This document shows, in pieces, positions 37,998-45,482 of a stretch of 64,000 nt of DNA (position 1 is the stretch's first letter; every line of letters starts with the position of its first letter). Where the stretch lies: contig CAWETE010000001.1 of assembly GCA_963811895.1 (NCBI GenBank), positions 76,160-140,159 on the forward strand, read 5' to 3'. Below the pieces are notes generated by a model. That model made no database searches and was not told where the DNA came from. It saw only the letters and a program-made list of their open reading frames with translations. This stretch comes from an uncultured Solirubrobacteraceae bacterium. Its GTDB lineage: Bacteria > Actinomycetota > Thermoleophilia > Solirubrobacterales > Solirubrobacteraceae. The position numbers and the translations under genes were made by a program.

Positions 37998-39329
37998 CTA
38001 GCGCTTGAGCTTGAGCGACAGGGTCGTGCTCTTCGAGCCCAGCGAGACCTTGACGCGGAGCTTGACGCTGCGGGCGTTGTCGAGCGCGTTGCGGGCGCCG
38101 CGCGTGAAGCGCAGCTTGACCGTCGCCTTGCCGGCCTTGACACGCTTGCTGCCCGAGGCGACCTTGAGGCCGCGGTCGGTGGCCGTGGCCTTCACGCGGC
38201 CGGCGGACGGCGCCGTGACCTTGACCGCGAAGCCCTTGCGCAGCGCCGTCGCCAGCTTGGTCTTGACGGCCTTCGCCTTCAGGCCGCCGCCGGAGGGGCC
38301 GCGGCCGGCGGGCACGGCGGCGGGGCCCCAGTCGGGCTGCGAGCCGCCGGGGATGACGAGCGGAGCGTTCGGCGTCGCGCCGTCGAGCGTGCAGCCGCCG
38401 GCGAAGCTCGGCACGGTGACGACCTTGATGCCGTCGTCCTCGGCCCACGCGAGCCGCCCGCCGTCGGGGGCGAAGGTGGGGGTCGAGTAGTGCCCGTTGG
38501 GGCCGCTGTAGCGGTAGCAGATGCTCGGGCGGGTGGAGACCGGCGCCTCGCTGTCCTTGAAGGTGGTCGGGAACTGGGGGACCGAGTACACGGTGAGCGT
38601 GCTGTCGTTCTCACCCGTGGCGAACGCCATCTTCGCGCGGTCGCGCGTGATGTCGCCGCCGCTCGTGTGCGGGTTGCCCTCGACCATGTCGCTGAACCAG
38701 TTGTGGACGAGGTTGCCGGAGTCGCCGTCGCTCAGCGTGTCGAGGATCACGTCGGCATTCGGCATGTGCGTGGGGTCGCTGAGCATCGTCGTGTCCTCGT
38801 CGACCCACACCGGGTTGCGCCAGCCGGTGTGCTTGCCGAGAGCGGGGTCGTCCCAGCCGGTCTGGCGGTCGGCCCACGAGTAGCCGGTGCCGCCCTCGTT
38901 GATCCCGACGAAGCAGGTCGGCGGGAAGCAGGTCGGGCTCTGGCTCTGGGTCATGTAGTGGAACGTGTAGGCGACCTTCGTGCCGTCCGGCGAGATGGCC
39001 GGGTCGAAGGGGCCGTAGAAGGTCTTGGCGGGAGCCGGCCGCGTGTCGCTGACCGGGGTGTCGAAGTCGGCCAGCACGTTGCCCTGGCGGTCGAGCCGGT
39101 GCAGGCGCACGCCGGTGAGGGCGATCATCGTGCCGTCGTCGGCCTGCGAGACGTCGGCGTAGCGGCCGCTGGTGGTCACGCGGTACTGGCGCGAGCCGTC
39201 GCCGGTCGACAGCCAGACGTCGCCGCCCTTGATGTAGGCGATCGAGTCGGCCATGGCGGCCGGCGCGGCGATCACCAGCACGAGCAGCGCGCCGCACACC
39301 GCGAGGAGTCGGGAGAGGGGGGAGGACAT
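37998..39329 (-). CDS. Secreted hypothetical protein, probable beta-propeller (PD40/TolB-like) with Lys-rich C-terminal tail
   Basis: ATG 39329 with gggggagg RBS. Signal peptide MSSPLSRLLAVCGALLVLVIAAPAAMA. 443 aa. C-terminus KAKAVKTKLATALRKGFAVKV...LKLKR. Confidence 0.65.
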   Translation of the reverse strand: MSSPLSRLLAVCGALLVLVIAAPAAMADSIAYIKGGDVWLSTGDGSRQYRVTTSGRYADVSQADDGTMIALTGVRLHRLDRQGNVLADFDTPVSDTRPAPAKTFYGPFDPAISPDGTKVAYTFHYMTQSQSPTCFPPTCFVGINEGGTGYSWADRQTGWDDPALGKHTGWRNPVWVDEDTTMLSDPTHMPNADVILDTLSDGDSGNLVHNWFSDMVEGNPHTSGGDITRDRAKMAFATGENDSTLTVYSVPQFPTTFKDSEAPVSTRPSICYRYSGPNGHYSTPTFAPDGGRLAWAEDDGIKVVTVPSFAGGCTLDGATPNAPLVIPGGSQPDWGPAAVPAGRGPSGGGLKAKAVKTKLATALRKGFAVKVTAPSAGRVKATATDRGLKVASGSKRVKAGKATVKLRFTRGARNALDNARSVKLRVKVSLGSKSTTLSLKLKR

Positions 39330-39882
39330 GGCGACGATCGTGGACCGCGCAACCAGCGCCGGCATCGGGGGAACCCCTAATGATCCGGGTATAGGCGCGA
39401 GATGTCGCGCTTCACGGAACGCATCACGCGTCACCTCGGGCGGCCGGTCGAGGCCGCGTGCGCCGTCCGGCCGCCCTTCACCACGCTGGCGATCGCGCTC
39501 AGGGCCGGGGCGGGCGCGGAATCGGCTCGCTCCTTGGGCGGTCCGCTGCTGGCCGCCTGCCGGTGGCCGATCGCCGCCTACGTGATCCTCTGGTTCGAGA
39601 CGCGGGGCAGCGGCACGAGCCTGAACATGGCGCTCGTGCTCTTCGACGAAGAGGTCGAGCTGGTGCAGCTTCGCGTGATCGGAAACCCGCTGGTGAGGAC
39701 GCTGAGCTCGATCCCCTACGCCGACATCGCGGGCGTCGAACGTGGATGAAGGGTTCCTCGAGCTCAAGGTCACGATCCGCACGTCGCGCGACACGCTCAA
39801 GGTGGCGGGCGGCAAGCGCGGCATCGGCGCGGCGCCTCCGGTGATCGATGAGCTGCGGCGTAGGATCGCGATATGAAGGTCG
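39033..39882. repeat. Copy 1 of an ~850-bp tandem direct duplication (5' end of the beta-propeller gene, the divergent promoter region, a small plus-strand gene and the first 11 nt of the glyoxalase gene)
   Basis: 39033-39470 is ~99% identical to 39889-40345 (about 5 differences). The small-gene bodies are only ~75% identical. Both copies end ...ctgcggcgtaggatcgcgatATGAAGGTCGT. Confidence 0.8.
39402..39876 (+). pseudogene. Small hypothetical membrane protein, paralogue copy 1 (frameshifted near 39730)
   Basis: MSRFTERITRHLGRPVEAACAVRPPFTT... is homologous to 40261..40734. After ...PYADIAGVE the frame must shift +1 to continue ...VDEGFLELKVTIRTSRDTLKVAGGKRGIGAAPPVIDELRRRIAI*. In-frame stop at 39749. 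Confidence 0.55.
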
Positions 39883-39888
39883 TTGGTG

Positions 39889-40188
39889 GGAGCGCGGCCG
39901 GGTGTCGCTGACCGGGGTGTCGAAGTCGGCCAGCACGTTGCCCTGGCGGTCGAGCCGGTGCAGGCGCACGCCGGTGAGGGCGATCATCGTGCCGTCGTCG
40001 GCCTGCGAGACGTCGGCGTAGCGGCCGCTGGTGGTCACGCGGTACTGGCGCGAGCCGTCGCCGGTCGACAGCCAGACGTCGCCGCCCTTGATGTAGGCGA
40101 TCGAGTCGGCCATGGCGGCCGGCGCGGCGATCACCAGCACCAGCAGCGCGCCGCACACCGCGAGGAGTCGGGAGAGGGGGGAGGACAT
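39889..40188 (-). pseudogene. Duplicated 5' fragment (start codon, signal peptide, first ~100 codons and promoter) of the beta-propeller gene 37998..39329
   Basis: ATG 40188 with the same gggggagg RBS. Encodes MSSPLSRLLAVCGALLVLVIAAPAAMADSIAYIKGG...DTPVSDTRP, identical to the parent. Then it runs into unrelated sequence. Confidence 0.7.
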
Positions 40189-40260
40189 GCCGACGATCGT
40201 GGACCCCGCAACCAACGCCGGCATCGGGGGAACCCCTAATGATCCGGGTATAGGCGCGAG

Positions 40261-40734
40261 ATGTCGCGCTTCACGGAACGCATCACGCGTCACCTCGGGC
40301 GGCCGGTCGTGGCCGCGTGCGCCGTTCGGCCGCCCTTCACCACGCCCGCGATCGCGATCGGGGCCGGTGCGGGCGCCGCGATCGGGTCGATCGTGTGGGG
40401 CGGGCCGTTCATGGCCGCCGCCGGTGTCGTCGTCGCCTACCTGATCCTCGGGCTGGCCACGCGGGGCAGCGGCAGGACGCTGGGCATGGCGCTCGTGGTC
40501 GAGGACGACCACGTCGACCTGCTCCAGATGAGCGCGTTCGGCAACCGGCCGGTGGGGACGCTGCGGTCGATCCCGTATGCCGACATCGCCGGCGTCGATA
40601 CGCGCGACTGGCTGCTCGAGGTCCGGATCGCCATCCGGACGAACCAGGACGTGCTCGAGCTGGCGGGCGGCAAGTTCGGCGTCGGCGCGGCGCCACCGGT
40701 GATCGAGGTGCTGCGGCGTAGGATCGCGATATGA
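40261..40734 (+). CDS. Small hypothetical membrane protein (157 aa), paralogue copy 2; possibly a bacterial PH-like (bPH/DUF304-type) fold
   Basis: MSRFTERITRHLGRPVVAACAVRPPFTTPAIAIGAGAGAAIGSIVWGGPFMAAAGVVVAYLILGLATRG...IEVLRRRIAI*. Two hydrophobic segments, then a soluble C-domain. The fold guess is unverified. Its stop overlaps the glyoxalase ATG (ATGA). Confidence 0.5.
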   Translation: MSRFTERITRHLGRPVVAACAVRPPFTTPAIAIGAGAGAAIGSIVWGGPFMAAAGVVVAYLILGLATRGSGRTLGMALVVEDDHVDLLQMSAFGNRPVGTLRSIPYADIAGVDTRDWLLEVRIAIRTNQDVLELAGGKFGVGAAPPVIEVLRRRIAI

Positions 40735-41132
40735 AGGTCGTCCACACCTGCGTACGCGTCCGCGACATCGACGCGTCGGTCCGCTTCTACGAGGCGCTGG
40801 GCTTCGAGCGCCGGGGCAAGCTCCAGTTCGAGACCGCCTACAACGTCTACATGGGCCTGCCGGGCGACGGCGACACGCTCGAGCTGACCGTCAACCACGG
40901 CCGCGAGGAGCCGTACGACATCGGCGAGGGCTACAACCACATGGCCATGACGGTCGGCGACATCCACGCGGTCGTCTCCAGGCTCGCCGACCACGGCATC
41001 GAGCCCGAGAAGGCGCCCTACCACCCGGGCGGCCGCAACGAGCTCGGCCCGATCTGCTTCGTCACCGACCCGGACGGCTACCGGATCGAGCTGATCGCCG
41101 GCGAGGAGTTCCCCACCCCGCAGGACGACTAG
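40731..41132 (+). CDS. VOC-family protein / glyoxalase I-like (lactoylglutathione lyase family)
   Basis: 133 aa. MKVVHTCVRVRDIDASVRFYEALGFE...GYNHMAMTVGDIHAVV...GYRIELI. Confidence 0.75.
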   Translation: MKVVHTCVRVRDIDASVRFYEALGFERRGKLQFETAYNVYMGLPGDGDTLELTVNHGREEPYDIGEGYNHMAMTVGDIHAVVSRLADHGIEPEKAPYHPGGRNELGPICFVTDPDGYRIELIAGEEFPTPQDD

Positions 41133-42469
41133 CCGGCCGCGAGGTGGCGCAGCCCGTTGATGCCGGGCGCGAAGTAGTACTCGCCGCCGCGCATCGTGAC
41201 CACGCGCGACAGCGGGCCGCAGAAGAACGGCGGGCGGCCGGGGACGGTCATCTTGTTGATGCTCTCGTTGTCCATCGGGCCGATGATCGGGTCCTGGTCG
41301 TCGCCGAGCCGGAACGGGTTGCCGGTGTTCGCCCACTGGGCCTGGACGAACTCGAACTGGCGGGCGAGGCTGACCTGGACGGTCATGAAGATCACGCCGC
41401 GGTCGGCGCCGTCGTCCTCGGCTCCCTCGGGCAGCATCTCGCCGTAGGTGATGCCGCGGCGGATCAGGCGGTGGCGGTTCACCAGCTTGCCCTCGAACGG
41501 CATGCTCAGCCGCGGGTTCATGCGGCGGATGTGCGACCCGACCGGGCATCGCAGGCCCTCCGGGTCGCGCCCGTAGTCGAACGCGTTGTTGCGCGTCTTG
41601 TCGGCCACCACCGCCGGGTCCTCGGCGTGCGGTGAGGAGTCCAGCGGCGTGCCGTCGCGCCAGCGGCCGACGAGCTTGGCGGCCAGCAGCTCCTCGCCCC
41701 CCGGATAGAGCGCCGCGGCCTGCTCGAGCTGGCGGCGGAAGGCGGCGACGTCCTGGCGCAGCTTGCGGTAGACGACGTAGGAGCCGTTGCGGCTGAGCTC
41801 GTCGGGCCGCGGGGCGGCGGGCAGCGTGCCCTGCTCGTCGGGGTAGCCGAGGATGAACTCGCCGGCCGCGATCGGCCGCCACTCGCCGTTCTTGGCGGGG
41901 GCGCCGGCGCCGGGATGGTCGTCGAAGCGGCTGCCCTCGATCGCCGGCTGGGAGAACCCGTCGGCGTAGCCGAAGTGCTCGCGGCCGGTGGGCAGCACGC
42001 CGCCGACCTGCGTCACGACCACGCTGGCGCCGCCGCGGCGCTCCACCAGCTCGCGGATCGCCCGGTCACGCTCGGCCAGCGCCGCCGCGTCCTTGGCGCT
42101 GATCATCACCAGCACGTGCGCGTCGCGCCTGCGAAAGCAGGCCTCCCAGTGCTCGGGTGCGCTCTCGCCGACGTCGCCGAGCAGCTCCGCGCGCGAGGCC
42201 ATGCCGTCGCGGAACTCGGCCGGGAAGCCGGCCAGCGAGTCGTCGCCGACCCCGAGCGCCCGCAGCCCTTCGCAGCTGAACGCGAGGTTGATGCCCGAGT
42301 CGGGCTTGACGTCCCAGCGCTCGGCGGTGATGACATCCGCGATCGAGTCGCTCAGGAAGGCGCGCGCCTTCACCGCGTCCTCGACGCGCAGGAACAGGTA
42401 GCCGGCGGCCGGCAGGCGGTAGCCGCGGACCAGGAAGCCCTGGATGTTGGGGAAGTCGAGCGCGGTCAG
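41129..42469 (-). CDS. Dye-decolorizing (DyP-type) peroxidase, long C/D-class-like form; no canonical start codon, putative CTG start overlapping the upstream stop
   Basis: DyP motifs: N-terminal (L)TALDFPNIQGFLVRGY, GYADGFSQP (GxxDG), proximal-His region GSHIRRMNPR. No ATG/GTG/TTG in frame between 42470 and 42679. CTG 42469-42467 forms CTGA with the TGA of the upstream gene. Confidence 0.6.
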   Translation of the reverse strand: MTALDFPNIQGFLVRGYRLPAAGYLFLRVEDAVKARAFLSDSIADVITAERWDVKPDSGINLAFSCEGLRALGVGDDSLAGFPAEFRDGMASRAELLGDVGESAPEHWEACFRRRDAHVLVMISAKDAAALAERDRAIRELVERRGGASVVVTQVGGVLPTGREHFGYADGFSQPAIEGSRFDDHPGAGAPAKNGEWRPIAAGEFILGYPDEQGTLPAAPRPDELSRNGSYVVYRKLRQDVAAFRRQLEQAAALYPGGEELLAAKLVGRWRDGTPLDSSPHAEDPAVVADKTRNNAFDYGRDPEGLRCPVGSHIRRMNPRLSMPFEGKLVNRHRLIRRGITYGEMLPEGAEDDGADRGVIFMTVQVSLARQFEFVQAQWANTGNPFRLGDDQDPIIGPMDNESINKMTVPGRPPFFCGPLSRVVTMRGGEYYFAPGINGLRHLAAG

Positions 42470-42999
42470 AACGCCTCCAGGAAGCGCGCCTTCAGCGCCT
42501 CCGGCTCGAGCCCCTGCGCCTCGAGGGCGAAGGCGATCGCGCGCGCCCGCATGTCGAGGTTCGCGCGCACCTGCTCCAGCGTCTGGCCGCCGTAGGCGGC
42601 GAAGAACAGCGCCGCCTCGAGCTGGTGCGCCTTGAGCCAGGGCGCGAAGCCGGGGCCGCGGCCGGGATAGCCGCGGCAATGGCCCCAGACGGCGTCGGCG
42701 TCCTCGCCGAGCCCCGTCTGCAGCTGCTCGAGGTAGGCGTCGAGCTCGCCGTCGAAGTTGCTGGTGAACAGCAGGCGGGCCGCGGCGAGCGAGTCGCGGC
42801 GGCGCTGCCCGTGGCCCTGGTACTTGACCTGGTCGATCACCACCCAGCGGCCGAGGTGCGTCCCGGGCACGCGCGCGAGCGGGCTGGCCTCGCCCTCGGG
42901 CAGCGCGTCGAGGTGAGCCGTCAGCTCGGCCGCGTGACCGTCGAGGATCGGCGTGATCACGGTCAGCGCGTACGCCTGGCCTGAGACGTTGCGGCTCAT
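42466..42999 (-). CDS. Uncharacterised conserved protein (177 aa), paralogue B of a tandem pair upstream of the DyP peroxidase
   Basis: ATG 42999 overlaps the paralogue-A stop (ATGA). Shares with A: TV(L/I)(S/T)P, H(F/Y)ARWVV(V/I), L(M/L)F(E/T)SNF(N/D)G, D(Q/A)Y(I/L), W(G)...GYPG. No family recognised by eye. Confidence 0.55.
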   Translation of the reverse strand: MSRNVSGQAYALTVITPILDGHAAELTAHLDALPEGEASPLARVPGTHLGRWVVIDQVKYQGHGQRRRDSLAAARLLFTSNFDGELDAYLEQLQTGLGEDADAVWGHCRGYPGRGPGFAPWLKAHQLEAALFFAAYGGQTLEQVRANLDMRARAIAFALEAQGLEPEALKARFLEAF

Positions 43000-43547
43000 A
43001 GGTCGTGCTGGATCGACGTCAGCATGTCCTCGTAGGCGGCCTTGAACGCGGCCGGATCGAGCGACGGCGCGCGGGCGCGCAGGTCGTCGAAGGCCTCGAC
43101 CACCTTGGCGGCCGAGATGATCTCGGTCGTCGTCGAGCCGGGATAGGCGTTGTAGTAGTGGTTGGCGACGTACTCGTTGGCGCGGATGTAGTCCTTGAAC
43201 GGCTCGACCGGGATCGGGCCGGGGAAGCCGTAGGACGTGCCCCAGATGCCCTTCATGCGCGAGGGCACGACCTCCGAGAAGGCGTCGATGTACTGGTCCC
43301 AGCTCCCGTTGAAGTTGCTCTCGAACATCAGGTACGGGTGGTGCAGCTTCTCGCCGCCCTCGCCGTCCGGGAACCGCTTGACCACCACCCAGCGGGCGTA
43401 GTGGATGAACGAGAGCATGTGCAGCTTCTTGAGCGTGGCCGTCACGTTCCGGCCGACCCAGAACACGATCGGAAGCAGCAGCCGGCCGGCCGGCTTGTAT
43501 GGGGAGAGGACGGTGATCGCCGTCGCCCTGCCCTCGACGTTGGCCAT
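42996..43547 (-). CDS. Uncharacterised conserved protein (183 aa), paralogue A of the tandem pair upstream of the DyP peroxidase
   Basis: MANVEGRATAITVLSPYKPAGRLLLPIVFWVGRNVTATLKKLHMLSFIHYARWVVVKRFPDG...YLMFESNFNGSWDQYIDAF...IWGTSYGFPG... Confidence 0.55.
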   Translation of the reverse strand: MANVEGRATAITVLSPYKPAGRLLLPIVFWVGRNVTATLKKLHMLSFIHYARWVVVKRFPDGEGGEKLHHPYLMFESNFNGSWDQYIDAFSEVVPSRMKGIWGTSYGFPGPIPVEPFKDYIRANEYVANHYYNAYPGSTTTEIISAAKVVEAFDDLRARAPSLDPAAFKAAYEDMLTSIQHDL

Positions 43548-43625
43548 CGAACCGACCCTATCCCGGTGTCCGACTTTCGTCCAGGTGCCTTGTCCAGCGC
43601 TCTACTTTTCCTACGTTTGGGAGCC

Positions 43626-45122
43626 ATGCGATTCATTCAGGCGGGACTTCTCACGCTGCTCGCTGCCGCGATCTCCGCGGCGCCGGCGAGCGCGGCGACT
43701 CCAGGCTCGGCCGGTCTCGGCGACCGGCTCTTCCCCACGCTCGGAAACGGCGGCTACGACGCCAAGCACTACGACCTCGGCCTCTACTACGGCAGCACCG
43801 CCCCCGAGCAGTCGGTGCGCGGCGCGGTCCAGATGCGCGCGACCGCGACGCAGTCGCTCTCTCGCTTCAACCTCGACTACGCCGGCGACGACGTGCAGGG
43901 CGTCTGGGTCGACGGCCGCAAGGCCGCCTTCCGGCATGACGAGCGCGAGCTGATCATCACGCCCGCGCGTTCGATCCGCTCCGGCAGCAGCTTCACGACC
44001 CAGGTGTCGTTCACCGGCCACACCTACACGCCCGAGGAGGGCGACCCGGGCCCGATCGGCTGGTTCGCGACGCGCGACGGCTCGGCGACCTCGGGCCAGA
44101 TCAACCGCGCGCAGGACATCTACCCGGTCAACGACCATCCGTCGGACAAGGCGACCTACTCGTACACGATCGCCGCCCCGAAGGCGACGACCGTCGCGGT
44201 CAGCGGCCGCCGCACCGGCAAGCGCGCCGTCGGCGACACCTACGTGTGGTCGTTCGAGATGGACGAGCCGATGGCCTCGCAGGTCATCCAGGTCGCGACC
44301 GGCGACCTCGTCGAGGTCGAGCGCGGCCGCGTGGGCAGCACCCGCCTGCGCGACGTCGTCGCTCGCAGTTACGTGGGCATCACGAACCCGACGCTGTCCA
44401 AGGGCCCGGCCCAGTTCCGCTGGATGCTCGGCCACGCCGGCGCGTACCCGTTCGACGAGTACGGCGTGCTCGCCGTCGACCAGTTCATGCAGTACGCGCT
44501 GGAGACGCAGACGCTGACGCTGCACCCGGCCGAGCTGTTCGACCCCGCGGTCTACCCGCAGGAGTTCGCGGAGTCGATCGCCGTCCACGAGCTCGCCCAC
44601 CAGTGGTTCGGCGACTCGGTGGCGATCGAGGAGTACAGCGACCTGTGGCTCGCCGAGGGCCCGGCCACCTGGTACGAGCACGAGTTCAACGCCGACTTCT
44701 ACGGCGAGGACTTCGAGGCGTTCATGCGCGAGCAGTACTCGTTCTCGCAGGAGTACCGCGACACGTACGGCCCGGTCGCCCGTCCCAAGAACGGCAGCGA
44801 CGAGGTGATCTTCTCCGACCAGATCTACGGTGGCGGCGCGCTCGCGTTGTTCGCGCTGCACGAGAAGATCGGCGACCGCACCTGGCGTGCCCTCATGAAG
44901 GAGTGGGTGCAGCGCTACGAGGGCCAGTCGGTCTCCACCGACGACTTCATCGCCTTCGTGGACCGCAACGTCCGCGGTGACCTGACGCGCTTCCTGCGCG
45001 ACTGGCTGTACGGCACGAAGACCCCGCCGATGCCCGGTCACCCGGAGTGGGAGGCCGAGGCTCCGGTCGCGACGGCGTCGGCCGCGCGCATGTCGTCGGC
45101 CGTGCGCAACTTCGAGCGTTAG
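43626..45122 (+). CDS. Secreted M1-family zinc metallopeptidase (aminopeptidase N-like catalytic domain)
   Basis: ATG 43626. Signal peptide MRFIQAGLLTLLAAAISAAPASAA. HEXXH-(18)-E: VHELAHQWFGDSV...LWLAEGPATW. GAMEN-like region. 498 aa. Confidence 0.8.
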   Translation: MRFIQAGLLTLLAAAISAAPASAATPGSAGLGDRLFPTLGNGGYDAKHYDLGLYYGSTAPEQSVRGAVQMRATATQSLSRFNLDYAGDDVQGVWVDGRKAAFRHDERELIITPARSIRSGSSFTTQVSFTGHTYTPEEGDPGPIGWFATRDGSATSGQINRAQDIYPVNDHPSDKATYSYTIAAPKATTVAVSGRRTGKRAVGDTYVWSFEMDEPMASQVIQVATGDLVEVERGRVGSTRLRDVVARSYVGITNPTLSKGPAQFRWMLGHAGAYPFDEYGVLAVDQFMQYALETQTLTLHPAELFDPAVYPQEFAESIAVHELAHQWFGDSVAIEEYSDLWLAEGPATWYEHEFNADFYGEDFEAFMREQYSFSQEYRDTYGPVARPKNGSDEVIFSDQIYGGGALALFALHEKIGDRTWRALMKEWVQRYEGQSVSTDDFIAFVDRNVRGDLTRFLRDWLYGTKTPPMPGHPEWEAEAPVATASAARMSSAVRNFER

Positions 45123-45130
45123 AAGTGATT

Positions 45131-45158
45131 GGAGGGCCGCCCTCGCGGGCGGCCCTCC
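45131..45158. terminator. Bidirectional hairpin terminator between convergent M1 peptidase and Dabb genes
   Basis: ggagggccgccc tcgc gggcggccctcc, a perfect 12-bp stem. Confidence 0.6.
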
Positions 45159-45163
45159 GTGCT

Positions 45164-45472
45164 TCACAGCGTCTCGTAGTCGATCTCGAGGAAGTCCTTC
45201 ACCTCGGCCTGCCACCGGTCGTTCACGAACGCCACGTGGTCGGGATGCTCGTTGTACGTCTGGTAGGCGTCCGGCCCCGCGAACTCCATCGAGCAGCCGA
45301 AGCGGAAGTCGTTCTTGGGGCTGACTTCGCGCAGCAGCTCGTACGTCTCGACGCCGGGGATGGCTCCCAGCGCGGCCTGCGCCGCCAGGAAGTCGCGCTC
45401 CTGCTCGGAGCCCGGCTCGTGGACGAGGGTGAAGGACACGGTGTGCCGGATTCGGCCGGGGGTCAGGGTCAT
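45164..45472 (-). CDS. Dabb-family (stress-responsive dimeric alpha+beta barrel) protein
   Basis: ATG 45472. 102 aa: MTLTPGRIRHTVSFTLVHEPGSEQERDFLAAQAALGAIPGVETYELLREV... Confidence 0.7.
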   Translation of the reverse strand: MTLTPGRIRHTVSFTLVHEPGSEQERDFLAAQAALGAIPGVETYELLREVSPKNDFRFGCSMEFAGPDAYQTYNEHPDHVAFVNDRWQAEVKDFLEIDYETL

Positions 45473-45482
45473 CGGCGGGAGG

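Larger units (their letters stand above)
39889..40741. repeat. Copy 2 of the ~850-bp tandem duplication
   Basis: See copy 1. This copy abuts the intact glyoxalase gene. Confidence 0.8.
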
